A DNA stretch of 64,000 nt, taken from positions 10,669 through 74,668 of the forward strand of contig CAVQHB010000014.1 of assembly GCA_963712195.1 (NCBI GenBank), read 5' to 3'. Made by a program: the position numbers and the translations under genes. Every line of letters begins with the position of its first letter. Within the stretch, counting starts at the first letter, position 1. Positions 51,572 through 62,534 of the stretch are shown piece by piece. Under the pieces are notes generated by a model. The model was not told the origin of the DNA. It made no database searches and saw nothing but the letters and a program-made list of their open reading frames with translations. The DNA is from an uncultured Alphaproteobacteria bacterium (lineage in GTDB: Bacteria; Pseudomonadota; Alphaproteobacteria; Acetobacterales; Acetobacteraceae).

Positions 51572-51862
51572 ATGCGAAAGTCCACTGGAACCCCCGCCCT
51601 TCAGGGCGGGGAGGATGTCAGCAGCACCGCTAATGCCAAGCCAAGCGCTGACGCGGCGGGCGCGGCACAGACCGAGGCCGTGACTCTGAGCGATGCGGCG
51701 CAGACCAGCACCCGGTTGGTCTCCTCTGCACAGCAGTCGAACGGCATGGATCATGCGGCAGCGGCGCGCATCCGCAGTGCGTTGGCCGCCGGCAATTACA
51801 ACCTGGCGCCGGAGGATCTGGCCAAGGCGATGGTCACCGTACTGAAAGCAACAAGCAAATGA
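51572..51862 (+). CDS. flgM: Anti-sigma28 factor FlgM with N-terminus supplied by the IS605 end
   Basis: VTLSDAAQ...D.AAAARIRSALAAGNYNLAPEDLAKAM fits the FlgM pattern; stop overlaps next gene. Confidence 0.75.
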   Translation: MRKSTGTPALQGGEDVSSTANAKPSADAAGAAQTEAVTLSDAAQTSTRLVSSAQQSNGMDHAAAARIRSALAAGNYNLAPEDLAKAMVTVLKATSK

Positions 51863-52323
51863 GCATTACCGGCAAATTCCGTATTTTGGAGGTTAAGCTG
51901 GAGGCGCAGTCGGTATCCGGCACACTGGCCCGTGGCTTGGAACTGGTTGAGGATCTTGGCCGCAAGTTGCACCACCTCGACGACGTAATGCTCACTGGCA
52001 GGCCGAATGAAATCTCGGACGCTGCCGCCGCGGTGGAGTGGGCATTGAAGGATGCCTCTCCCGCCTTTGCGCAAATTGCCGCAACCATGGGCAGGCTCGG
52101 CGCCTCCAATTTAACGACCGCGGCGGAACAGTTGCGGAAGATTCAGGAAGAGGACGCCGCCGGGCTTGCCGAGGCACTGCGCGGTTCGCTGGCTCGTTTT
52201 GCCAAACGGTCTTTCAGCGCCAACCGGCGGGCTCAGCAATTCAACAGAGGGCTGAGCGCGGCGCTTCAATCCCTCCAGGCGCTTGGTATGCAGGAGAGTG
52301 GAAGGCTGATCGCTGAAGCCTGA
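51859..52323 (+). CDS. flgN: FlgN-like flagellar export chaperone
   Basis: Helical protein coupled to flgM; N......N motif near the C-terminus; called mainly on synteny. Confidence 0.5.
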   Translation: MSITGKFRILEVKLEAQSVSGTLARGLELVEDLGRKLHHLDDVMLTGRPNEISDAAAAVEWALKDASPAFAQIAATMGRLGASNLTTAAEQLRKIQEEDAAGLAEALRGSLARFAKRSFSANRRAQQFNRGLSAALQSLQALGMQESGRLIAEA

Positions 52324-52498
52324 CGTAAATTTGTTGCGCTGCACAAGACTTTTCGGGGCCGGTAAATAACCCAGTAAACAAGAGAGGCATTGCCTTGTGC
52401 CTCAGGTTTGTCATATTGACGGATCGCGGCTGATGGCAGAGTTTGTCGACGCCACGTCACCGGCACAAAAAATGCATAAAACCTGAAGGGTTAAAAAA

Positions 52499-53917
52499 AT
52501 GGCTACAATCACCCGGAGCGGACACCGCCTTCAGCGGGATAGCCTCGGCCTGTCTCAAATCGTCGCCGCCACGTTGGCCAATATTGCGCCGGCCATGAGC
52601 TTCTTTTTCGGCTTTGGCCTCATCGTTTCTGGCGCAGGCGTTGGCGCGCCGATCACCATTCTGGTGGCGATGGTGGTTGTGCTCTTCCTTACAAATACGC
52701 TGGCGGAATTTTCTAAGTATCGCCCCAGCGCCGGTTCCTTCGTGACGTTTATAGGCATGGCGTTCGGTCCCACCGCGGGTGCGGCGGCGTCCCTCTTCGT
52801 CGTTACCGGCTATTGCATCGCCGCCTCCTCGGTGGTCGTCATCTCCGGCGGCTGGGCGGCAAGCACGCTGCACCTCTTCCTAGGCATCAACATCCCCTGG
52901 CAGGTGCTGGCCGTCGTCGTCACCGGCATTGTCGGTGTGCTGGTGGCGCGCGGTATCAGCCTCTCCACCACCTGGGCAGCGGTCTTCTTCTATTTCGAGC
53001 TGGCCCTGCTGCTCATCGGCGCGGTGATCATGCTTGTGGTCAACCACGCTTCCATCTCCGCCGCGCCGCTGCTGTTCTCCAGCGTCAGCGGCGGCTGGAA
53101 GGGCATTGGCCTTGGCTTCCCGCTCGCCATCTACCTCTTCATCGGCTGGGAGAACTCGGCGATGCTGGCTGAGGAAACCACAAACCCCCGCCGGAACGTG
53201 CCGCGCGCGCTGATCATTGGCACGCTCTCCATCGGCATCCTCTACATGTTCCTGGCCTTTGCGACTGAGACGGCGTTCCACAACAATGTCACCGCCATCA
53301 GCAATTCCAGCATCCCGTTCGTCGACGCCTTCAAGGCGTCCGCCGCCGGGGTGCTGCTCATCGCCTATCTTGCCGGCGTGACATCAATCTTCTCCTCGCT
53401 CATTGGTCTGACCAACGCCCAGGCGCGTATCCTGTTCAGCTCCTCGCGCGAGGGGTTGCTGCCGCCCTTCTTCGGCAAGATCCACCCGCGGCATAACACC
53501 CCACATGTCGCGATGTGGACATACGTGGTCATTGCGCTGCTTATCGTGCTGGTGTTTGGCACGGCTTATGCCATCGATCCGGTGACCTTGTTCGGCGATA
53601 CGGGCACGATGGGGACCATTCCCGTCGTCATAACCTATCTCCTGACGAATTTGGCGTTGCCGGTGTACATGCTGCGCCATCACAAGGAGGATTTCGGCGT
53701 GGTACGGCACCTCATAGTGCCGGTGCTCGGCACCGTCTTAATGCTGTTCCCGCTTTGGGGGCTGGTGCAGCCCGGCCAGCCATATCCGTTCAATCTTTAC
53801 CCGTACTTGACGCTCGGCCTGTTCGTGCTGTCGCTGGTTTACGGCGCGATCCTCGCCAAGCGTGACCCGGAACTGGTGCAGCGCATCGGCTCCTACGTCG
53901 CCGACGAGGAATATTAA
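52499..53917 (+). CDS. APC family amino acid/amine permease
   Basis: About 12 TM helices, PSAGSFVTF, FIGWENSAMLAEET.NPRR. Confidence 0.9.
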   Translation: MATITRSGHRLQRDSLGLSQIVAATLANIAPAMSFFFGFGLIVSGAGVGAPITILVAMVVVLFLTNTLAEFSKYRPSAGSFVTFIGMAFGPTAGAAASLFVVTGYCIAASSVVVISGGWAASTLHLFLGINIPWQVLAVVVTGIVGVLVARGISLSTTWAAVFFYFELALLLIGAVIMLVVNHASISAAPLLFSSVSGGWKGIGLGFPLAIYLFIGWENSAMLAEETTNPRRNVPRALIIGTLSIGILYMFLAFATETAFHNNVTAISNSSIPFVDAFKASAAGVLLIAYLAGVTSIFSSLIGLTNAQARILFSSSREGLLPPFFGKIHPRHNTPHVAMWTYVVIALLIVLVFGTAYAIDPVTLFGDTGTMGTIPVVITYLLTNLALPVYMLRHHKEDFGVVRHLIVPVLGTVLMLFPLWGLVQPGQPYPFNLYPYLTLGLFVLSLVYGAILAKRDPELVQRIGSYVADEEY

Positions 53918-53926
53918 CCAAAAGCT

Positions 53927-53954
53927 CAAGGGCGGCACCCAGGTGCCGCCCTTG
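53927..53954. terminator. Hairpin between convergent genes
   Basis: CAAGGGCGGCACC-CA-GGTGCCGCCCTTG perfect inverted repeat. Confidence 0.7.
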
Positions 53955-53959
53955 GTGTT

Positions 53960-54295
53960 TCAGGGGAGCATCCGCGCCTTTACCCGCCCCCCGGCCTGGA
54001 CGTGCTTTTCCAGCACCTCATCCACGGCCTCGAAATAGTCCAGCTTGTACCAGACCCCCTCCGGGTACAGCACAGCGCAGGGGCCCAACTCGCACCGGTC
54101 CAGGCAACCCGCCTGATTGATGCGCACTCCCTCGATCCCCAGTTCCTTCACCCGCACCTTCATGTAGTCGCGGATTTTTTCGCTGCCCTTGCTGGCGCAG
54201 CATCCGCGCGGATGCCCCTCCGGCCGCCGGTTGCCACACACGAACACGTGGGTGGAAAAATAAAGTGCCGGATCGTCGTCGAGCCGCTTACCCAA
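53960..54295 (-). CDS. Thioredoxin-like [2Fe-2S] ferredoxin
   Basis: HVFVC...RGCC...AGCLDRCELGP..VLYPEGVWY; TTG start with GGAG upstream. Confidence 0.88.
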   Translation of the reverse strand: MGKRLDDDPALYFSTHVFVCGNRRPEGHPRGCCASKGSEKIRDYMKVRVKELGIEGVRINQAGCLDRCELGPCAVLYPEGVWYKLDYFEAVDEVLEKHVQAGGRVKARMLP

Positions 54296-54352
54296 ACCTG
54301 TTGCTCCGTGTGGTTCGCACCTATCTAAGCCGCAAACTGGGGAGCAGGCAAA

Positions 54353-56336
<1,984 letters not shown>

Positions 56337-56350
<14 letters not shown>

Positions 56351-56786
56351 ACTCCTTGCCGCCAGCGCTCTCGCTTTGTTCGCTCAGCCCGCCGCCGCTT
56401 ACGAGGTCTCGCATACCGACGCAGAATGGCGCAGCATCCTCACCCCTGCGCAATATTATGTGCTGCGGCAGCAGGGCACCGAGGCGCCATTCTCCTCCCC
56501 ACTGCTGAACGAGCACCGCAACGGCATTTTCGCCTGCGCCGGATGCGCGCTGCCCTTGTTTTCCAGCAAGACGAAATTCGAGTCCGGCACTGGCTGGCCG
56601 AGCTTTTATGCCCCGCTGCCGAACGCCGTGCTCACCTCCGATGACAACTCCTTCGGCATGGAGCGCACGGAAGTGCATTGCCGCCGCTGCGGCAGCCATC
56701 TGGGCCATGTGTTCCCCGATGGCCCACCGCCGACCGGGCTGCGCTATTGCATGAACGGCGTGGCGCTCACGTTCATGCCCGCCTGA
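56337..56786 (+). CDS. msrB: Methionine-R-sulfoxide reductase MsrB with Tat signal
   Basis: MTRRELL signal, KFESGTGWPSF, HLGHVFPDGP, RYCMN. Confidence 0.93.
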
Positions 56787-56792
56787 AACGCT

Positions 56793-57806
56793 TCAGGCTT
56801 TTTCCCGGTGGTAGCCGAACGAGGCGTTGATCATGTCCAGCAGATGCTGCCCCGCCGTCGTCGGCTTGTATTTCGGCGTCTCCCCCGGGCGCAGGCATGT
56901 CGGCAGGCATTCCACCGGCGCGTAAAAATCGGGGTCGAAGAAAAACGGCAGCGAATACCGCTCTCCACCGGAAATATTGATCACCCGGTGCTGGTTGGAC
57001 TGGAACACGCCGTTCGTCCAGCGCTCCATCATGTCGCCGATATTCACCACATAGCTCCCGGGCACCGGCGGCGCGTCGATCCACACGCCATCCCGCCGCC
57101 TGTACCTGCAGCCCGCCCGACATATCCTGGTGCAGCAGGGTCAGGCAGCCGTAATCGGTGTGCGCCCCGGCGCCTAGCTGCGCCTCGGTCACGCGCCCGG
57201 TTTGCGGCGGGTAATGCAGCGGCCCGAGCGTCGTCATCGTTATCCCGAGCCAGGGGGCGAAAAAATCTTCCTCGAGCCCCAGTGCCAGCGCAAAGGCGCC
57301 GATCATCCGCCGCCCCAGCTCCACCATCTCGTCGTAATAGGCCTGCATCACCTCCTGCCAGCCGGGGAGGAAATCCGGCCACAGATTCGGCCCGTGCAGG
57401 GGCACACCGGCCAGCACGCGCGGGTGGTCGGGCGGCAGGTCGCGGCCGATCTTGTAGCCCTCCTTCAAATCCCCTTCCGCCTGCTTCGACGGGTCCAGGT
57501 TCTCGCCGCCCATGCGGAACCAGCCGCGATGGCAGGAGGATTTCTCGATCGCCACCTGTTCTTTTCCGCCTCGGGCAGCGCGAAGAACCGCTTCGCCTCG
57601 GCATAGACCCGCGCGATCATCTCCTCCGGCACGCCATGGTTCACGGCATAAAAGAAGCCGATTTCCCGGCAGGCACGGCTGATCTCCTCGACCGTGGCCG
57701 CCTTGCCCGACCCGCCGCGCAGGGGGGCGATGTCGATGATCGGGATTTGCGTCAGCGGCATTTGCGCGCCGCGCAGGGTGGGGTCGAGCTGTATGGTGTC
57801 CGCCAT
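56793..57806 (-). pseudogene. IPNS-family 2OG-Fe(II) oxygenase with two frameshifts (possible sequencing errors)
   Basis: IPIIDI...GFFYAVNHG | HRGW...AHTDYG | VNIGDM..RWTN...HRV...RYSLPFF. Confidence 0.85.
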
Positions 57807-57832
57807 GCCGCGGATGCTAATCTGCCCCCGCA

Positions 57833-59344
57833 TTGGTTTCCAGGACAAAAGCATTGGCAAAATATCTCCTCGGCATAGATCTCGGGGCTGGCAGCCTCAA
57901 AGCCACGATCATCGACGATGCCGGGCATATCCTGGGCGAAGCCAGCCATCCGGTGACAACTTCGGTGCCGCGTTTCGGCTGGTCGGAGCAGGATCCGGCC
58001 GAGTGGTTCGCAGCACTTTGCGCCGCGGTGCCGAAGGCCATCGAGGCCGCCACCATCCCCGCCAGCGCCATCGCGGGCATCGGCATCTCCGCCGGTGCCC
58101 ATATCCCGGTGCTGACCGACGCCCAGGGCAGGGTGCTCCGCCCGGCCATCATGTGGAACGACCAGCGCGCCGCCGCGCAGGCCGCCGCCCTGCATGAGCT
58201 GGCCGGGGAACAGATCATCGCCACCGCGCTCAACCGGGTGAACCCGACCTGGACCCTCGCCATGCTGGCCTGGCTGAAGGAGAATGAGCCGGAGGTGATG
58301 GCCCGGGCCCGGCGCCTGTATCTGGCCAAGGATTATCTGCGGTTTTGCCTCACCGGCACGTGGGAGACGGATTTTTCCGACGCCATCGGCGCCCTGCTGG
58401 CCGATAACGCCAGCAAGAGCTGGTCGCCGGAGCTGTGCGCCCTCATCGGGCTGGACATGTCGCTCCTGCCTCCCATCGTGCCTGCGGAATCGGTCGTCGG
58501 CGGCGTCACGCCGGAAGCCGCCGCCCGCACCGGGCTGGAAGCTGGAACGCCGGTTGTCTGCGGCTCCAACGACACCACGGTGGAATTTTTCGGCGTCGGC
58601 GCCACCACGCCGGGCATTGGCGGGGTGAAGCTGGCCACCGCTGGCGTGCTGTATCTGGCAACCCAGGGGCCGAGCGTGAATCCGCCAATCTCCTGCTACC
58701 CGCACATCATGCCGGGCATGTACTACACCGCCACCGGCACCAATTCCTGCGCCTCCGCGCATCGCTGGCTGCGCGACCTGATGTTCGCGGAAGACGGGTT
58801 CGAGGGCATGGACGCGCTGGCCGCCGCCACGCCGCGCGGCGCCAAGGGGCTGCTCTTCCACCCATATCTGCAGGGCGAGCGCGCCCCGTACTGGGACCCG
58901 CTGCTGCGCGCGGATTTCATCGGCCTCACCATCTCCCACGGCAAGCCGGAATTCGCCCGCGCCCTCTATGAAGGGCTGGCCTTCTCCATCCGCGACCTGC
59001 TCCAGGCCGCGCAGGCTCTCGGGCTCTCCTTCGGCGCCATCCGGCTCATGGGGGGCGGTGCCCGCAGCGCCTGCTGGCGCCAGATCATCGCCGATGCCAC
59101 GGGCCTCACCGTGGAGCGCACCGAGGCGGCGGATGCCTCCTTCGGCGCCGCGCTGGTCGCGGGCATCGGTGCGGGCGTGTTCTCCGGGCCGGAGGACGCG
59201 GTGGCACGCTGCGTGCGGCTACTGGATACGACAGTGCCCGACGCCGAGGCGCATGAATTCTACACCCGGCTATTCGGCGTTTATAAGGATGCCCAGGCGG
59301 CACTGGCGGGGATTAGCCACCGCCTGCACGCGCTGTTCAGTTGA
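57833..59344 (+). CDS. FGGY family sugar kinase (xylulokinase-like)
   Basis: GIDLG, EQDP, IMWNDQR, PYLQGERAP, GGGARS. Confidence 0.88.
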   Translation: MVSRTKALAKYLLGIDLGAGSLKATIIDDAGHILGEASHPVTTSVPRFGWSEQDPAEWFAALCAAVPKAIEAATIPASAIAGIGISAGAHIPVLTDAQGRVLRPAIMWNDQRAAAQAAALHELAGEQIIATALNRVNPTWTLAMLAWLKENEPEVMARARRLYLAKDYLRFCLTGTWETDFSDAIGALLADNASKSWSPELCALIGLDMSLLPPIVPAESVVGGVTPEAAARTGLEAGTPVVCGSNDTTVEFFGVGATTPGIGGVKLATAGVLYLATQGPSVNPPISCYPHIMPGMYYTATGTNSCASAHRWLRDLMFAEDGFEGMDALAAATPRGAKGLLFHPYLQGERAPYWDPLLRADFIGLTISHGKPEFARALYEGLAFSIRDLLQAAQALGLSFGAIRLMGGGARSACWRQIIADATGLTVERTEAADASFGAALVAGIGAGVFSGPEDAVARCVRLLDTTVPDAEAHEFYTRLFGVYKDAQAALAGISHRLHALFS

Positions 59345-60116
59345 ACAGATAGGAATCCATCCGCAGCAAGCCGTACTCAACCGAGCTATGCAGAAGCGTC
59401 GCTTTCGGCGCAGGGCCAGCGGCGCCGATTGCCACATGCAGCGGCAGCAGATGTTCATCCGTGGGGTGCTCGTCCCGCGCATGGGGGGCAAGCTTGCGGT
59501 AACTGGCCAGCGCGGCCAGATCCCCGGCAAGGATCTTCTCGTTCATCCAGTCGCAGAAGGCCTTCACGTCGGGCATTTCCGGCGCGTTGAAATCCAGCCC
59601 TCCGCGGAATCGGCTGAGGTCATGGGTGAAGCTGCCGCTGCCGATGATCAGCACGCCTTCCTCGCGCAGCGGGGTCAGGGCCGCGCCGAGGGCCAAATGA
59701 TGGCCGGGGCCGAACTGGGGTTGCAGGGAAAGCTGCACCACGGGGATATCCGCTTGCGGATAGGCCAGCAGCAGCGGCACCCAGGCGCCATGGTCCAACC
59801 CGCGCGACGGATTCGTTTCGCAGCCCGGCCCGGCCGCCTGCAGGAGTGCCGCCGTCCGTCGCGCGAGCCAAGGGGCTGTCGGCGCATCGTAACGCAGCTC
59901 GTAGAGCGGCCGTGGAAAGCCGAAAAAATCATGGATCGTCGTATTGCGCGCCGGCGTGTTCACGGCGGGGGTCATGGTTTCCCAATGTGCGGAGACGACC
60001 AGAATGGCTTGCGGCCGGGGGATGACGCTGCCGAGCGTGCAGAGGAAACGGCGCGCCGGGGTATCCTCCAGCGCGGTCATCGGCGAGCCGTGGCTCAGGA
60101 ACAAGGTTGGCAACAT
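59337..60116 (-). CDS. DODA/LigB-type extradiol dioxygenase
   Basis: FLSHGSP, SAHW, GLDHGAWVPL, GSGSFTH, HPTDEHLLP. Confidence 0.9.
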   Translation of the reverse strand: MLPTLFLSHGSPMTALEDTPARRFLCTLGSVIPRPQAILVVSAHWETMTPAVNTPARNTTIHDFFGFPRPLYELRYDAPTAPWLARRTAALLQAAGPGCETNPSRGLDHGAWVPLLLAYPQADIPVVQLSLQPQFGPGHHLALGAALTPLREEGVLIIGSGSFTHDLSRFRGGLDFNAPEMPDVKAFCDWMNEKILAGDLAALASYRKLAPHARDEHPTDEHLLPLHVAIGAAGPAPKATLLHSSVEYGLLRMDSYLFN

Positions 60117-60258
60117 GGAACGAGCTTGCCCGAGCCGCCACGGCCCCGCAAGCGGCGCAACGCACGTTCCATCCATCCGGCCCCTTGTCAGACCGGGAAA
60201 AACAGCCAAACTAAAGTGCTATCAGGACTGTCCTTGTCCGCTTTTTTGGGGAACAACC

Positions 60259-60814
60259 ATGTTTATCGAGACCGAAGGCACGCCAAACCCGGCCACGCTG
60301 AAATTCCTGCCGGGCCGGGACATACTGGGCGACAAGACCGCGGATTTCGCCGATGCCGACGCGGCGCTGATCTCGCCCGTTGGCCGAGGCACTGTTCGGC
60401 CTTCCCGGCGTGGCGCGGGTCTTCCTGGGCGCTGATTTCGTTACCGTGACGAAGACGCAGGATGCGGACTGGCAGGCGCTGAAGCCGCAGGTGCTTGGCC
60501 TGCTCATGGAGCATCTGGTCAGCAACCGCCCCATCCTGCGCGAGAACGTGACCCTCGATGCCGAGGACGTGGACCCGGCGGATGCCGAGATCGTGGCGCA
60601 GATCAAGGAACTGCTGGATACGCGCATCCGCCCCGCCGTGGCGGGCGATGGCGGGGACATCATCTTCCGCGGCTTCCGTGACGGTGTGGTGAGCCTGAAG
60701 ATGCAGGGCTCCTGCGCCGGCTGCCCGTCCTCCACGGCCACGCTGAAGCACGGCATCGAGAACATGCTGAAGCACTATATTCCTGAAGTGGTCTCGGTTA
60801 CACAGGCGGCCTGA
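60259..60814 (+). CDS. NifU/Nfu family Fe-S scaffold protein; apparent frameshift near 60372
   Basis: [19 protein letters not shown] in one frame; [11 protein letters not shown]...GSCAGCPSS in the next. Confidence 0.88.
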
Positions 60815-60833
60815 GCTTCAGGAGAGAGACCAG

Positions 60834-61418
60834 ATGGCATTGGATGACGCGGCGCTCGACGTGTTGTTCCGCAACGCGCGGACACAGTGGGAGTTTGCCG
60901 ATGAACCCGTCACCGATGACGATCTGAGAGCCCTTTACGAGCTGGTGAAGCTGGGGCCGACCTCGGCCAATTCCTCGCCGGCCCGGTTTGTCTTCGTGCG
61001 CAGCCCGGAAGCCAAGGAGAGGCTGAAAGCCTCCCTGAGCCTCGGCAATATCGAGAAGGTGTTGGCCGCGCCAGTCACGGTGATCATCGCCTACGACCCG
61101 CATTTCTATCTCAAGCTGCCGCAGCTTTATCCCGCCGGCGACGTGAAGGGCTGGTTCTCCGCCAACCCGGACCTCGCCGAGGAGACGGCCTTCCGCAATT
61201 CCACCCTGCAAGGGGCGTATTTCATGATGGCCGCCCGGGCGCTGGGCTTCGGCTGCGGGCCAATGTCCGGCTTCGACCGCGCCAAGCTGGACCGCGCCTT
61301 CTTCACCCAGAACAGCTGGAAGTCCAACTTCCTGCTCAATCTCGGCCGTCCCAAGGCAGTGGAACTGCCGCCGCGCCTGCCCAGGCTCGGCTTCGACGAG
61401 GTGGCGCAATTCGCGTGA
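60834..61418 (+). CDS. Nitroreductase family protein, RutE-like
   Basis: [35 protein letters not shown]. Confidence 0.88.
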   Translation: MALDDAALDVLFRNARTQWEFADEPVTDDDLRALYELVKLGPTSANSSPARFVFVRSPEAKERLKASLSLGNIEKVLAAPVTVIIAYDPHFYLKLPQLYPAGDVKGWFSANPDLAEETAFRNSTLQGAYFMMAARALGFGCGPMSGFDRAKLDRAFFTQNSWKSNFLLNLGRPKAVELPPRLPRLGFDEVAQFA

Positions 61419-62056
61419 GCTGGCTGGCGATAGATGCGTCCGGCGGCCGGGCCGGTCTCGCCGTGGTCGGCGAGGATGGCGCCGCGCGGCATAAGGTTTT
61501 TGCGCCGCTGCGGCCGGGGCTGATCGAAACCCTGCCGGTGCTGCTGGCCGAGGCCGTGAAGGATGGCGGGATCACCGATGTCGCCGTCGCCATTGGGCCG
61601 GGCAGTTTTACCGGCCTGCGGACCTCCATCGCCCTTGCCCAGGGCTACGCCGCCGCAGCCGGGTTGCCGCTCTGGGGCGTGAGCGTGGCCGAGGCTTATC
61701 ATGTCCCGTTCCCGCAATTACATCGCCCGCTTTGGGTAGTGGTCCGCGCCCGCCGTGGCCGAGTGTTCCTGCTGCGCGATGGCGCGGCGGAAGCCTTCGC
61801 CGATGAGGACGTGCCGGCAGCCCGCACGCCCATCGCGCTGTCGGGTGACGCGGCGAATGACATCGCCGCCCGGCTGGCCGCGCGTGGCGTGGATGTGATG
61901 CTGACCAACGCCAAGGCCATCGACCCGGTCTGGGTGGCCAGGGCCGCAATGGCCCAGCTCGCGGCCGGTCTCGCGCCGCAGCCCGCCCAGCCGCTTTACG
62001 TGGACCCGCCGGAAGCAAAACTCCCCGCGGCCGGGCTGCGCCCGCCCCCGGTATGA
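61415..62056 (+). CDS. tsaB: t6A biosynthesis protein TsaB
   Basis: [19 protein letters not shown]. Confidence 0.9.
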   Translation: MSWLAIDASGGRAGLAVVGEDGAARHKVFAPLRPGLIETLPVLLAEAVKDGGITDVAVAIGPGSFTGLRTSIALAQGYAAAAGLPLWGVSVAEAYHVPFPQLHRPLWVVVRARRGRVFLLRDGAAEAFADEDVPAARTPIALSGDAANDIAARLAARGVDVMLTNAKAIDPVWVARAAMAQLAAGLAPQPAQPLYVDPPEAKLPAAGLRPPPV

Positions 62057-62466
62057 TCCGCGCCGGACTAGCCCACGCGCCGCTCCTGGCCGCGCTGCAC
62101 GCGGAAGCCTTCCCGCGGGACCCGTGGGACGCCGCCAGCTTCGCCACCCTCTTCGGGATGCCCGGCGTCATCGGCCTGATCGACGAGCGCGGCGGCTTCC
62201 TGCTCCTGCGCATTGTGCTGGATGAGGCGGAAATCCTCACGATCGGCGTGACGGCGCCGCGCCAGGGCATAGGGCAGGCGCTGATGCGCGAGGGGCTGAG
62301 CCTGGCCGCCGCCAATGGCGTGCGGGAGATGCATCTGGAAGTCGCCGCCACCAACGCCCCGGCCCGCGCGCTTTACGGCAAGCTTGGCTTCGTCCAGGTG
62401 GGCCTGCGCAAGGCCTATTACCCCGATGGCGGCGATGCCCTGACATTGCATCTGGTTTTGGCCTAG
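62053..62466 (+). CDS. rimI: RimI-like GNAT acetyltransferase
   Basis: EAEILTI, RQGIG, LEVAATN, GLRKAYY; follows tsaB. Confidence 0.85.
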   Translation: MIRAGLAHAPLLAALHAEAFPRDPWDAASFATLFGMPGVIGLIDERGGFLLLRIVLDEAEILTIGVTAPRQGIGQALMREGLSLAAANGVREMHLEVAATNAPARALYGKLGFVQVGLRKAYYPDGGDALTLHLVLA

Positions 62467-62534
62467 AACTGGGCACTGAATATTTTCACGGAAAGTTATC
62501 TATGGCTAAAAATTTTTCCGGTGGAGAGTGGAGT

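Larger units (their letters stand above)
49785..51621 (+). mobile_element. IS200/IS605 element with divergent tnpA and tnpB
   Basis: LE hairpin CCCCGGC..GCCGGGG preceded by CAAG; RE hairpin CCCCGCCC..GGGCGGGG preceded by GAAC; target TGAC; end TCAG; no duplication. Confidence 0.92.
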
